From an archaeon (GTDB lineage: Archaea; Iainarchaeota; Iainarchaeia; Iainarchaeales; CSSED10-239), in assembly GCA_035357435.1 (NCBI GenBank), contig DAOPNM010000007.1, positions 1-24,412 of the forward strand: DNA of 24,412 nt. Reading direction: 5' to 3'. Under the pieces are notes generated by a model that was not told the DNA's origin, did no database searches, and saw only the letters and a list, made by a program, of their open reading frames with translations. Made by a program: the position numbers and the translations under genes. Below, piece by piece: positions 15,422-24,200 of this stretch (position 1 is the first letter of the stretch; each line of letters begins with the position of its first letter).

Positions 15422-16444
15422 TTATTCATAACCAGCATCCTTTAACAAACTTTCTTTTCCTTTCATTTTTTGCCTTATTGGAGAAAGTAATTTGTCTATT
15501 TCTGTTGCTAAACCATTTTTTAAATCTAAAGGATGTAATTCTTTAGAAACAAATGCTTTCTCTAAATCTTCTGAAGTTTTAAAAGATAATGGGCCGCCCC
15601 ATTTTTGAGGTCTATCTATTATAAATTCTTCATGATTATCTTGTTTTTGAGTCATAATAATTCTTTTTGCAAAATCTAAAACTCCATTATCTATATCCCC
15701 TTCTGGACAATATGCTGTATTTAATTTTTTTTGAATGGTTTCAAAATCATCAAGTAAATCAATTTTTGAATTTTGAATAGAAGAAGACATTTTTCCATCT
15801 TGTGTTAAGCCCTTCATTAAAGGGAACATAATTTCTATTCTTGGTTTATATCCTAACTTTGGCAAAACCTCTCTTGCTAGAACCATTATCTTTCTTTGAT
15901 CTGTTCCACCTAATTGAATATCTACATCTAAATATTGTTCATCTAAAATTTGGATTAATGGATAAATTAAACCAGAAATTACAGGATTCTCTTTAGCTTT
16001 AATTACATCACTTGAAGCTTTTGTTGCATTTCTTATAGAAACAATACTTGATAATTTATAAAGATCCATAACAAAATCTTTATTCAATTGATAACTAGAA
16101 CCTCTAATTATTTCTATATCATCTAAATCTCCGCCCATTGTTTCAATCATAGAAGAAATTACAATTTTATAATATTCATATCTTTTTTCTAAAAAATTCC
16201 AAGGGGTATTATCTAAAGCACCATGGATGTCTGCAAGCAAAATTTGTGACTTTATACCTGCTTTTGAAAAATCAGCTAACTTTTGTGCCCAACAAAAATA
16301 ACCAATATGTGGTCTTCCTGTTATTGCAGTACCTATATATGCACTAGGATGTTCTTTTGTATTAATTAGTGAAACTAATTCTTGATTTGTAAGAACTTCA
16401 CAAGTATTTCTTTTAATTAAATTTAATTTTTCATTTATTTCCAT
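15422..16444 (-). CDS. tyrS: Tyrosyl-tRNA synthetase, archaeal/eukaryotic type
   Basis: MEINEKLNLIKRNTCEVLTNQEL...SAYIGTAITGRPHIGY (HIGH-like) and a KMSSS motif parallel M. jannaschii TyrRS. The ORF-track start at 16462 is a TTG. The ATG at 16442-16444 (Met7) aligns with known N-termini and is used here. Confidence 0.9.
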   Translation of the reverse strand: MEINEKLNLIKRNTCEVLTNQELVSLINTKEHPSAYIGTAITGRPHIGYFCWAQKLADFSKAGIKSQILLADIHGALDNTPWNFLEKRYEYYKIVISSMIETMGGDLDDIEIIRGSSYQLNKDFVMDLYKLSSIVSIRNATKASSDVIKAKENPVISGLIYPLIQILDEQYLDVDIQLGGTDQRKIMVLAREVLPKLGYKPRIEIMFPLMKGLTQDGKMSSSIQNSKIDLLDDFETIQKKLNTAYCPEGDIDNGVLDFAKRIIMTQKQDNHEEFIIDRPQKWGGPLSFKTSEDLEKAFVSKELHPLDLKNGLATEIDKLLSPIRQKMKGKESLLKDAGYE

Positions 16445-16512
16445 AATCTTTCTCAATTTCAATTATTGATTATTATATATAATACATAGTAGAAAAGTTA
16501 ATAAATCTAAGG

Positions 16513-16544
16513 AAAAAAAAGAAAATTTATAAAAAATTACAAAA
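16513..16544 (-). terminator. Candidate oligo-T terminator after ftsY
   Basis: Directly 3' of the ftsY TAG, the minus strand reads TTTTGTAATTTTTTATAAATTTTCTTTTTTTT. Confidence 0.3.
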
Positions 16545-16546
16545 CA

Positions 16547-17848
16547 CTATATGATTCTGTCAATAAAAAATTGAGGAGTAAACTTTTCTAAATCATCATA
16601 TTCTTGACCAGTTCCAATAAAAAAGATTGGTTTTTTTAATTCATTTAAAATTGAAATTGCAACACCGCCTTTTGGATCTGTATCAATTTTTGTTAAAATA
16701 ACACCTGTAATTCCAACTTCACTATCAAACTCTCTAATCTGTTCAACAATAGCTTGGCCTGCTTGTGCTTCTCCAACATAAATTGTTAAATGAGGATTTA
16801 CAACTTTTTTTATTTTTTGTATCTCTCTCATTAAATTTATATTTGTTTCTTGTCTACCAGCAGTATCAATTAAAACAACATCAATCTTGTTTGCTTTTGC
16901 AGAGGCCACAGCATCAAAAGCAACAGCTGCAGGATCTGCACCATAGTTTTGCTTTATTAGTTTTAAACCTAAATTATTTGCATGAACTTCTAATTGATGA
17001 ATACTTCCTGCCCTAAATGTATCTCCTGCTGCTAAAATAATTGATTTACCTTGTTTTTTATAATAGTTTGCAAACTTTGCAATAGTTGTTGTTTTGCCAG
17101 CACCATTTGGGCCTACAAACAGTATTATTAAAGGTTCATCTTTTTGTTTGTGTATATAACTATTAATGTCACAGTCAATGTTTAGCTGAGACAACAAACT
17201 TAATCTTATTTGTGATTTTATATCTTCCAAAAGATTATTTTTAGAATAAGAAAACTCTGTTAATTTTTGTTTTAAATCAGTAATAATAGCATTTGCAGAA
17301 TAAATACTTACATCAGCTTCTAATAAAGACAATTCAAAATCATCTAAAAAATCAGAAATTTCTTTTTCTGATAACTTTATTTTTGAAGAAAATAAACCTT
17401 TTATTGAAGAAACTAAACCTTTTTTTACCTCTGCCTTTTTTAATTCTAAATCTTTATATTCTTCTGAAACTTCTTTTGTTTCTTGAATTGTTTGAGAAGA
17501 ATGAGTGCTCTTGAGCTGCCCAAGATTTGTTGTTTTTTCTTCAGAAGGTTTAGAAATAGTTTTTTTTATATCTAAAGATTGAGTTGGTTTTTCTTTTTCA
17601 ATCTCTTTTTCTTTAATAACTTCAGAAATCGTTTTTGCTTCTTGAAATTCCACTGATTTCTTTTGAATAACATCTTGAGGTTCTTGTAGAACCTCTTTAG
17701 TAGATTCTTTTTCAATCTCTTTTTCTTGTGGTATTTCAGATGGTGTTTCTTGTGGGATCTCTTGTGGAGTTTCTTCTACCTTTTCTTGTGTCTTACCAAA
17801 AATCTTTTGTGTAAAATTTTTTATTTTGCCTTTTAAAAGATTAAACAC
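16547..17848 (-). CDS. ftsY: SRP receptor FtsY with a long acidic, repetitive N-terminal A-domain
   Basis: 433 aa. The NG domain shows GPNGAGKTTTIAKFA, GDTFRAGSIHQL, DTAGRQ and TKIDTDPKGG. The start is GTG, preceded by AGGTGG at 6 nt. It lies 20 nt downstream of pfdA. Confidence 0.95.
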   Translation of the reverse strand: MFNLLKGKIKNFTQKIFGKTQEKVEETPQEIPQETPSEIPQEKEIEKESTKEVLQEPQDVIQKKSVEFQEAKTISEVIKEKEIEKEKPTQSLDIKKTISKPSEEKTTNLGQLKSTHSSQTIQETKEVSEEYKDLELKKAEVKKGLVSSIKGLFSSKIKLSEKEISDFLDDFELSLLEADVSIYSANAIITDLKQKLTEFSYSKNNLLEDIKSQIRLSLLSQLNIDCDINSYIHKQKDEPLIILFVGPNGAGKTTTIAKFANYYKKQGKSIILAAGDTFRAGSIHQLEVHANNLGLKLIKQNYGADPAAVAFDAVASAKANKIDVVLIDTAGRQETNINLMREIQKIKKVVNPHLTIYVGEAQAGQAIVEQIREFDSEVGITGVILTKIDTDPKGGVAISILNELKKPIFFIGTGQEYDDLEKFTPQFFIDRII

Positions 17849-17867
17849 AAGAAACCACCTTCATACT

Positions 17868-18377
17868 TTAAACAGTTCGTGAACTTGTGGATGATTTCTT
17901 TTGTGAAGAAGGGTTTAATTTTTCAAATGCACTTGATACTGCCTTTAACAAGTTAATTGTTTTATTATATTCTTCAATTAACTTTTTTCTTAAACCTTCA
18001 ATTTCATGTTTTCTTTGATCAATATCTTTTAATATTTTAGAAATATCTTTATCAATCATTACCCCACCAGGTAATGTTATTTTTGCAGATTTTTTGTTTA
18101 AAACCATAGAATCTATTAAAATACCTGCACCAATATTTACTAAAATATTTGTATCATCATCTTTCATTTTTTCTATATCTTTTAATGCATTTTCTGCTTG
18201 TGCCATTTCTAAAGATAAAGAATCTAATTCTCTTAATTTGTTTAAAATTTGATTTAATTCCTTCTCTTTTGCTTGATATAAAGAAATTGTTTGTTCTCTA
18301 TTTAAAACAATTCTTTTTTCATTTGGTTTTGCATTTTGTTCTTCTTTTTGTTTTTCTTTTACCACAAATCTCACCAT
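17868..18377 (-). CDS. pfdA: Prefoldin alpha subunit
   Basis: 169 aa. Two long coiled coils flank a central beta-hairpin region (ILVNIGAGILIDSMVL...AKITLPGGVMIDKD). The position between aIF6 and ftsY matches the conserved archaeal gene string. Confidence 0.8.
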   Translation of the reverse strand: MVRFVVKEKQKEEQNAKPNEKRIVLNREQTISLYQAKEKELNQILNKLRELDSLSLEMAQAENALKDIEKMKDDDTNILVNIGAGILIDSMVLNKKSAKITLPGGVMIDKDISKILKDIDQRKHEIEGLRKKLIEEYNKTINLLKAVSSAFEKLNPSSQKKSSTSSRTV

Positions 18378-18384
18378 TTTTAAA

Positions 18385-19056
18385 TTATAATTTCTGATCT
18401 AATATCATATCATCAATTTTCATTAATTCAATATTACTTGTATTGTTCCCAACAAATAAAACATCTTTATTTGAAATTACATCTTTTCCAATAAATGAAT
18501 CCCCATAATTAAGAGTAGTTGATGTGCCATCAACTTTAAAATTGTCTTTTAAAAATTTAAATTCATTTTCTTTAATACGAGGATTTGCAATAAAAAAATA
18601 ATCATTTACATAAACATTTGCACCAGGAAGATCTAATGTGCCTATTTTTTTAGGAATAACATCAATTTTTAAAAATTTATTAATTTTAGAAATTGTTTCT
18701 GCCTTAACAAATGAACTAGAGACACCTATATTTTTATTTATTGCAAAAATATTTCCAAGAGCATTATAATCATTTACAAACTCTATTTTAACTCCTTCTT
18801 TTTCTAGAATGTTTAATTCTTTTGGTGTAATAGAGTCTTCATTTACAATTAATTTGTTTTTTACACCTGTTAAATAAATACCTATTAAAGAAGAATCATT
18901 AATAGTTGTTTTAATAATTTTTGCATTTATATTTTTTTTAAAAATTGCTTCTTCTTTTTGAAGAATAGTACTTGGAAGAATACAAAAGTCATCATTTAAA
19001 AAAGAATAAACACCAAGGTATGGTGATTTTAAAATTGTTGATTTTATTAATTTCAT
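18385..19056 (-). CDS. eif6: Translation initiation factor 6 (aIF6/eIF6)
   Basis: 223 aa with a pentein-like repeated pattern (YLGVYSFLNDDFCILP, SLIGIYLTGVKNKLIV, ALGNIFAINKNIGV, GANVYVNDYFFIANP). Its ATG overlaps the L31e TGA (ATGA at 19053-19056), which indicates translational coupling. Confidence 0.9.
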   Translation of the reverse strand: MKLIKSTILKSPYLGVYSFLNDDFCILPSTILQKEEAIFKKNINAKIIKTTINDSSLIGIYLTGVKNKLIVNEDSITPKELNILEKEGVKIEFVNDYNALGNIFAINKNIGVSSSFVKAETISKINKFLKIDVIPKKIGTLDLPGANVYVNDYFFIANPRIKENEFKFLKDNFKVDGTSTTLNYGDSFIGKDVISNKDVLFVGNNTSNIELMKIDDMILDQKL

Positions 19057-19469
19057 TTTTTTTCGTTTTCATGTTCTTCTTTTGGTTTTTCTTTATTTTC
19101 TTTTTTTGAAGATCCTTTTTTTTCTGTAATTTCTTTATTTTCTTTAATTGGTTTTGCACTAATTTTTTTTTCTTTTGGTTGTTCCTTTCCTTTTTTTAAA
19201 AACTCTGAATATTCTTTTGAATCTTTTAAAAAAACATACACCTTATTATTTTCAATTTTTAAATTTACTGAAATTCTTCTTGGTGGCTTTTGAATACCTC
19301 TTTTCCAAATATAACTATTTACTTCAGAAGAAAGAACTACATCTTCTTTTGTTTTTCTTGTATGTTTATAAATAAAATCATATATTAAACTAATAGCTAC
19401 ATTTGCTCTTTTTGTTCTTGGCTTTTCATATGCTTTACTTAATGGTATTACATAACTTTCTGATGGCAT
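19053..19469 (-). CDS. rpl31e: 50S ribosomal protein L31e with a K/E-rich C-terminal tail of about 55 aa
   Basis: YVIPLSKAYEKPRTKRANVAISLIYDFIYKHTRK...VVLSSEVNSYIWKRGIQKPPRRISV matches the L31e core. A GTGAAGG SD-like element lies 6 nt before the ATG. Confidence 0.9.
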   Translation of the reverse strand: MPSESYVIPLSKAYEKPRTKRANVAISLIYDFIYKHTRKTKEDVVLSSEVNSYIWKRGIQKPPRRISVNLKIENNKVYVFLKDSKEYSEFLKKGKEQPKEKKISAKPIKENKEITEKKGSSKKENKEKPKEEHENEKK

Positions 19470-19482
19470 ATTCCTTCACATT

Positions 19483-19812
19483 TTATTTTTTTATTTTTGC
19501 TTTTTTATGTTTCCTGTATTGAGATAAATTAGTTGTATTTCTTTTTTTTGTTTTTGGTTTATATTTTGCAGATTTATTAATTTTCCCACTTTTTATAGGG
19601 CTCTTCTTTTTGGCAATTTCTGCTTTATGAACCTCTTGTCTATATTCATCTCCAAAATGGGTTCTTCTCCAGTTTCTCTCAGAGGTTCTATTCCAGATTC
19701 TTTTACCAGATTTTTGGATTATCCATACAGGAGTGTTAAGATAACCTGGGCCTTGTTTTTTTCTTTGGGTAATTAAAAATTCTTTTTTTTCTCTAGATTT
19801 ATATTTACTCAT
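19483..19812 (-). CDS. rpl39e: 50S ribosomal protein L39e with a basic C-terminal tail of about 55 aa
   Basis: The N-terminal 52 aa or so (KKEFLITQRKKQ...TPVWIIQKSGKRIWNRTSERNWRRTHFG) match the L39e pattern K..rLa..KQ..rvPvWvi.KT.r.v....R.WRR. Canonical L39e is about 51 aa; this one is 109 aa. Confidence 0.8.
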   Translation of the reverse strand: MSKYKSREKKEFLITQRKKQGPGYLNTPVWIIQKSGKRIWNRTSERNWRRTHFGDEYRQEVHKAEIAKKKSPIKSGKINKSAKYKPKTKKRNTTNLSQYRKHKKAKIKK

Positions 19813-19843
19813 AAATATTCACTTATTTTAATATTAATCTGTC

Positions 19844-20434
19844 TTATAAATTTGCAACATTATGTTGTCCTTCTTTCATAAGAGCTTTTTTATCAGATTC
19901 TTCTTTTACAAGAGCTTTCTTTTCTGACAATTGAGGTAATTTTTTTTCTTGAACAGAAACTTCATCTGTCTTTTCTTTTAAAGAAGTTGCTTTTTTTTCT
20001 GGATACATCTTTTTGTATAAAGATACAGCCAATTTATCTAAATATTTTTGTCCTTCTTTTGTTATAGCCCTTCCGCCTTTTTCATCTTTTTTAACATAAC
20101 CTAATTTTTCTAATTCTTGCAAAGACAAACGTATTATTTTTCCACCAGCTTTTTTAAATTTTGGAGGTCTAACACCTCTCCTTTTTTTTCCACCATAATA
20201 TGTTCTTAAAGATTCAACATTTACATTTCCTGAAATATACACACGTCTTAAAATAGATGCCATTCTTATATACCACCAATCTGGATTTTGTGGTGCTCTT
20301 TCCCTGTGACTTCCTGTTTTTACGTAATATGCAAAATCAGGCATTTTTATTTTTTTATTTTCCTTTAAATCTTTTGCAATCTCTTTAATTAATTGAGATC
20401 CAGAAACATCATAAACACTTGCCAAATTGCTCAC
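19844..20434 (-). CDS. rps19e: 30S ribosomal protein S19e with a C-terminal extension of about 45 aa
   Basis: The S19e core is VYDVSGSQLIKEIAKDLK...PDFAYYVKTGSHRERAPQNPDWWYIRMASILRRVY...GGKKRRGVRPPKF. The track start is a GTG lying inside GAGGTGA. The TTG at 20423-20425, 5 nt after that SD, is the more likely start. Confidence 0.9.
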   Translation of the reverse strand: MSNLASVYDVSGSQLIKEIAKDLKENKKIKMPDFAYYVKTGSHRERAPQNPDWWYIRMASILRRVYISGNVNVESLRTYYGGKKRRGVRPPKFKKAGGKIIRLSLQELEKLGYVKKDEKGGRAITKEGQKYLDKLAVSLYKKMYPEKKATSLKEKTDEVSVQEKKLPQLSEKKALVKEESDKKALMKEGQHNVANL

Positions 20435-20554
20435 CTCTAGATTTTTAAAAATATTTTGCCTATTATTCCTATTTTTGAAAATTAATTATAAAAATTAATT
20501 ATTTATTTTTAATTGTATAATATATTATATATAGTTCTATTTAAATATGTTTTC

Positions 20555-20953
20555 TTAAATGTTTTTTCTTTGGATATTATGTACTTTTGAAGGGTTATTT
20601 AATAAAAAAGAATTATTTTTTAAATTATTTTTTTCTTGCCCTTGTAATTTACTTAAATTTATTTTCTTTATATTCCCGCAATATAAACAATGTAATTTTA
20701 AATATTTTTGATATTTCTTATTAACTTTTCTTGTTTCTGTTCTTATCAGAGTATTTTCTGAACCTCTTAAAGAATAACAATTTTTACAAACTTTTAAATG
20801 AATCTCTGGAGGTAAACGAAAATTTATGCTTTTTGCTAAATCTATTGCTATTTTTATATATTCTGTAATGTATGGGTTGTTTTTATTTTTTTGGTCAATT
20901 GCAAAATCTATTAAATAAAATATTTTATTCTTAATCTTTTCTTTATCTTTCAT
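20555..20953 (-). CDS. rnp4: RNase P protein component 4 (Rpp21/Rpr2 family zinc ribbon)
   Basis: 132 aa. A helical N-terminal part (YIKIAIDLAKSINFRLPPEI) is followed by the zinc ribbon CKNCYSL...IRTE...LHCLYCGNIKK, as in archaeal Rpp21. Confidence 0.75.
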   Translation of the reverse strand: MKDKEKIKNKIFYLIDFAIDQKNKNNPYITEYIKIAIDLAKSINFRLPPEIHLKVCKNCYSLRGSENTLIRTETRKVNKKYQKYLKLHCLYCGNIKKINLSKLQGQEKNNLKNNSFLLNNPSKVHNIQRKNI

Positions 20954-20970
20954 ATCTTATAACTAAGATA

Positions 20971-21042
20971 TGCACCCGCCGGGATTCGAACCCGAGCCGA
21001 AAGCTTGGCAAGCTTCCATACTAACCACTATACTACAGGTGC
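20971..21042 (-). tRNA. tRNA-Gly (anticodon GCC), 72 nt, no encoded CCA, no intron
   Basis: The reverse complement is GCACCTG TA GTAT AGTGGTTA GTAT G GAAGC TTGCCAA GCTTT CGGC TCGGG TTCGAAT CCCGG CGGGTGC A. It folds into a full cloverleaf with a 7-bp acceptor stem, GG in the D loop, a TTCGAAT T-loop and the archaeal-type discriminator A73. Confidence 0.9.
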
Positions 21043-21160
21043 ATTTTTTTTATATATTATAAAATTATGGTAAAAAAGATTTATAAATAATAGCTTTTAA
21101 GAAAAACATGTAATAACTTAAATAATAGTTTATAGTATTAAAAGATTAAAAAGCAAACGC

Positions 21161-21187
21161 AAAGTGTCCAAGAAATAATGTTCTTTT
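21161..21187. other. Recurrent intergenic motif, copy B (aaagtgtccaagaaataatgttctttt)
   Basis: It lies 22 nt 3' of the surface-protein stop, just beyond the oligo-T tract. Confidence 0.6.
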
Positions 21188-21209
21188 AAAAAAAAAGAAA
21201 AAAAATAAA
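21188..21209 (-). terminator. Candidate oligo-T terminator after the surface-protein gene
   Basis: Directly after the TAA stop, the minus strand reads TTTATTTTTTTTCTTTTTTTTT. Confidence 0.4.
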
Positions 21210-24200
21210 TTAGAGTTTAGCTAATGTCTTTTCTTTACCTTGTTTTTTTGGTTTATCTAACTTTGGGTTTTTTGGTTTGTTAATTACTGTAAAGTATAAT
21301 ATAACCAATATAATAACAACACCACAAACAACTAATACAGGAGTCCATGAAAACTTCTTTTCTTGAACTGGTTCTGTTGGTTCTATTGGCTCTTGAGATT
21401 CTTGTATTATCTCTATTGGTTCTTGAGGTTCTTCTTCTCCTGCTTCTAAAGAACTATAGGTTATAATTTGTGTTTTTTCTTGCTCTTTATTACCTGCATT
21501 GTCTATTGTATAATATTTTATTAACCATGTTCCTTCTTGAGTTATTGGAACAGAAAGCTTATTGTCTATTGCTTGTGCTAGTTGTGGAGTACAACCTGTC
21601 TCTTTGTCTTTGTTGTATATACAGTAGTATATCTCTTTTACACCAGAAACATTATCTGTTGGAACTATGTTTACAATTGTAGGTTCTGTTATTGTGTGTG
21701 GAGCATCAACTGTTGTTGTTGGAGCTGTTGTGTCTACCATTACATTTTCTATGACTTCTTTTGTAATTGTACCTGCTTTAGTTTTAGCTTCTATTGTAAT
21801 GGTATGTATACCATCTGGAATATCTGTAAGTGCAAAGTTTACATCTCCTCTAACTTTGTTGCCATCTGTTATTATTATTGGTTCTTCATTATTTAATTGT
21901 ACACTACATGTTACACCAGTGGCTCCTAAATAATTAAAATCAAGATATATTGAATTATTTGAAATAATTGCTCCTGAAAGATTATTTTTTAAGGTAATCT
22001 TTGGAGTAGAAGTTGAACTAGTATTTGTAGTTGTTGTGAAGTGGTGTCTTCTTCCATCTGAAGAACTTGTACCTGAAGAATCACAAACATTTCCTACACC
22101 ATCACTATCACCATCTGCTTGATCTGGATTTGAAATTAAAGGACAATTATCACAAACATTTCCTACACCATCACTATCACCATCTGCTTGATCTGGATTT
22201 GAAACAGTAGGGCAGTTATCGCAGGCATTACCCATAGTATCATCATCACTATTGTTTTGATCTGGGTTTGAAATTAAAAGGCAGTTGTCACAAACATCCC
22301 CTACACCATCCCCATCACTATCATTTTGATCTGAATTTGAAACAAAAGGACAATTATCATTATAATTTGGTAACCCATCCCCATCTGAATCTAAAGAAGA
22401 AGGTATTAATGGTGCAAAATCTATTACATCTCCTTGTACTTTTCCATTTGAAGTTGTTGGATTATATGGATAATCAGGACCAAAAGATCCTATATAATAA
22501 TCAGTAAGAGTTGAAGATTCAGTACCAGAAATATTTAAATCACTTATATTTCCCCAAATGTTTCCTTGGTTTTTACCATCACATATACCATTATAGTCAT
22601 TTGAACCATTATCATCAACATAAAGATTATTTATATCTTGTGCTTTACTAAAACTGTTTAAACAAAAAAGATTGTCTTGTGAAGATTCATCTAAATCTAC
22701 AAGAGGCATTTCCTGTATTGATTGATCTGCTGCAATAAGATTATTTCTTTCTATATGGTTTCTATTACTATCTTCAAAATAGATAATACCTCCATCATTT
22801 GTTAAAGATAATGTATTATTTAATAAAATATTTTCTAAAGAGGAAACAAAATCAACTACTATATTTCCAGAATTTCCTGTTAGTGATAAATTGCTATCCT
22901 GAATTAAATTATTATTGGAAGAATTAAAAGTAGCAGATGCAACCATATTTCCATCTGCAAGTAATTGAGAACTAATTATGTTATTGTCTGAACTATTATT
23001 TTCAAAAATAACAACAGAACCTGTATTTGCATCAATTGATAAATTACTATCTTGAATTAAATTACTATTAGAAGAATCAAACCAAACAGAAAAGATAAAT
23101 TCTCCAGTTCCATTTCCATCTATGTTAGAATTAATTATAATATTGTCAGAACTATTTTCTGCAATATAAACACATGTACCACTGTTTGCATCCATTGATA
23201 TATTACTATCTTGAATTAAATTACTATTAGAATCCTTAAAGACAGCTGTATCTACATGATCTCCTGTTGACCATAAATTACAATCTTTAAATAAATTATT
23301 ATTAGATTGCTCAAAATATGAAGAAAAAGCAGAGTTTCCATATGCAAGTAATTGAGAGCCAATTATGTTATTATCTGAAGAAGAATATAAATAAATTGCT
23401 GAGCTACTATCTCCAAAAGTAATTATATTTGAATCACGGATATTATTTCCATTTGATAAATTATAAATGAACAACGCATCATTATATGAAGAAGTTAATA
23501 TAGAATTAATTATGTTATTATCTGAAGAATTATTTAAAGAAATTGCATAATAGTTACTATCCATATTTGAATTAATTATATTATTACGATTTGATGAACC
23601 CGAAAGATGTAACGCATCAGCATTTGAAGAACTTAAAGTAGAATTACTTATGTTATTATCTGAAGAAGACTCTAAAGAAATTGCATAACCCTTCCCAACT
23701 ATGTTTGAATCACTTATAGTATTACCGTTTGATGAACTAGAAAGATATAATGCAATATTACCTTGAGAGGTTATTGTAGAATTACTTATATTGTTGTAAG
23801 AAGAAGATTCTAAAGAAATTCCACAATAATCACCAACTATGTTTGAATCAGTTACATTGTTATTGTGTGAAGAATCAAAAGTAATACCATAATTTGTATA
23901 ACCTAAAGCAATTATATTTGAATCAGTTATATTAGTGTCTGAACATGAATCAAAAACAACTGCAATACTGTAAGCATCAGGTACAAATAAATTTGAATGA
24001 GCGATAGTATTGTGGGAACTAGAGTAACAAGTAATACTACTACTACTATGGTTATTTGCAGTTATATTACAATTTTGTATGTTTATATTATTTTTGGAAG
24101 ATATACTAATTCCTGTTTGTACATTTGTAATGGAATGACCATTACAATCTAAAATTATATTGTTTGCAGAAATAGAAAAACAAGGGTTCTGACCAGCACC

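Noticed and set aside
16765-17514. Two plus-strand ORFs (83 and 73 aa) inside ftsY
   Set aside because: They are antisense to an unambiguous FtsY gene and have low-complexity L/Q/F-rich products.
18149-19375. Plus-strand ORFs of 82 aa (18149-18397) and 66 aa (19175-19375)
   Set aside because: They are antisense to pfdA/eif6 and rpl31e and are shadow ORFs.
19483-19650. The C-terminal tail of L39e as a fused second small ribosomal protein (its SGKINKSAKYKPKTKKR...QYRK vaguely recalls S30e)
   Set aside because: The resemblance rests on a few basic residues in low-complexity sequence and is not supportable without an HMM search.
20478-20502. Tandem aaaattaattat x2 (13-nt period) upstream of the rps19e operon
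   Set aside because: It is low-complexity A/T sequence with only two copies, so it cannot be told apart from background.
21043-21110. A specific TATA box for the tRNA-Gly promoter
   Set aside because: Two candidate TATA strings exist, TTTATAAT centred near -18 and TTTATAAA at -46..-39. Neither can be preferred without a mapped transcription start, so it is not reported as a feature.
21470-22507. Four plus-strand ORFs (70-104 aa) inside the surface-protein gene
   Set aside because: They are antisense to a 1064-aa ORF with coherent domain architecture. Their Cys/Val/Tyr-rich products mirror T/N/D-rich codons.
22725-24173. Periodic DNA repeats that might be read as a satellite or CRISPR-like array
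   Set aside because: The periodicity (about 66-72 nt, with 138-147-nt super-repeats) lies within one long ORF and corresponds to beta-helix turns. There is no invariant repeat plus unique spacer structure.
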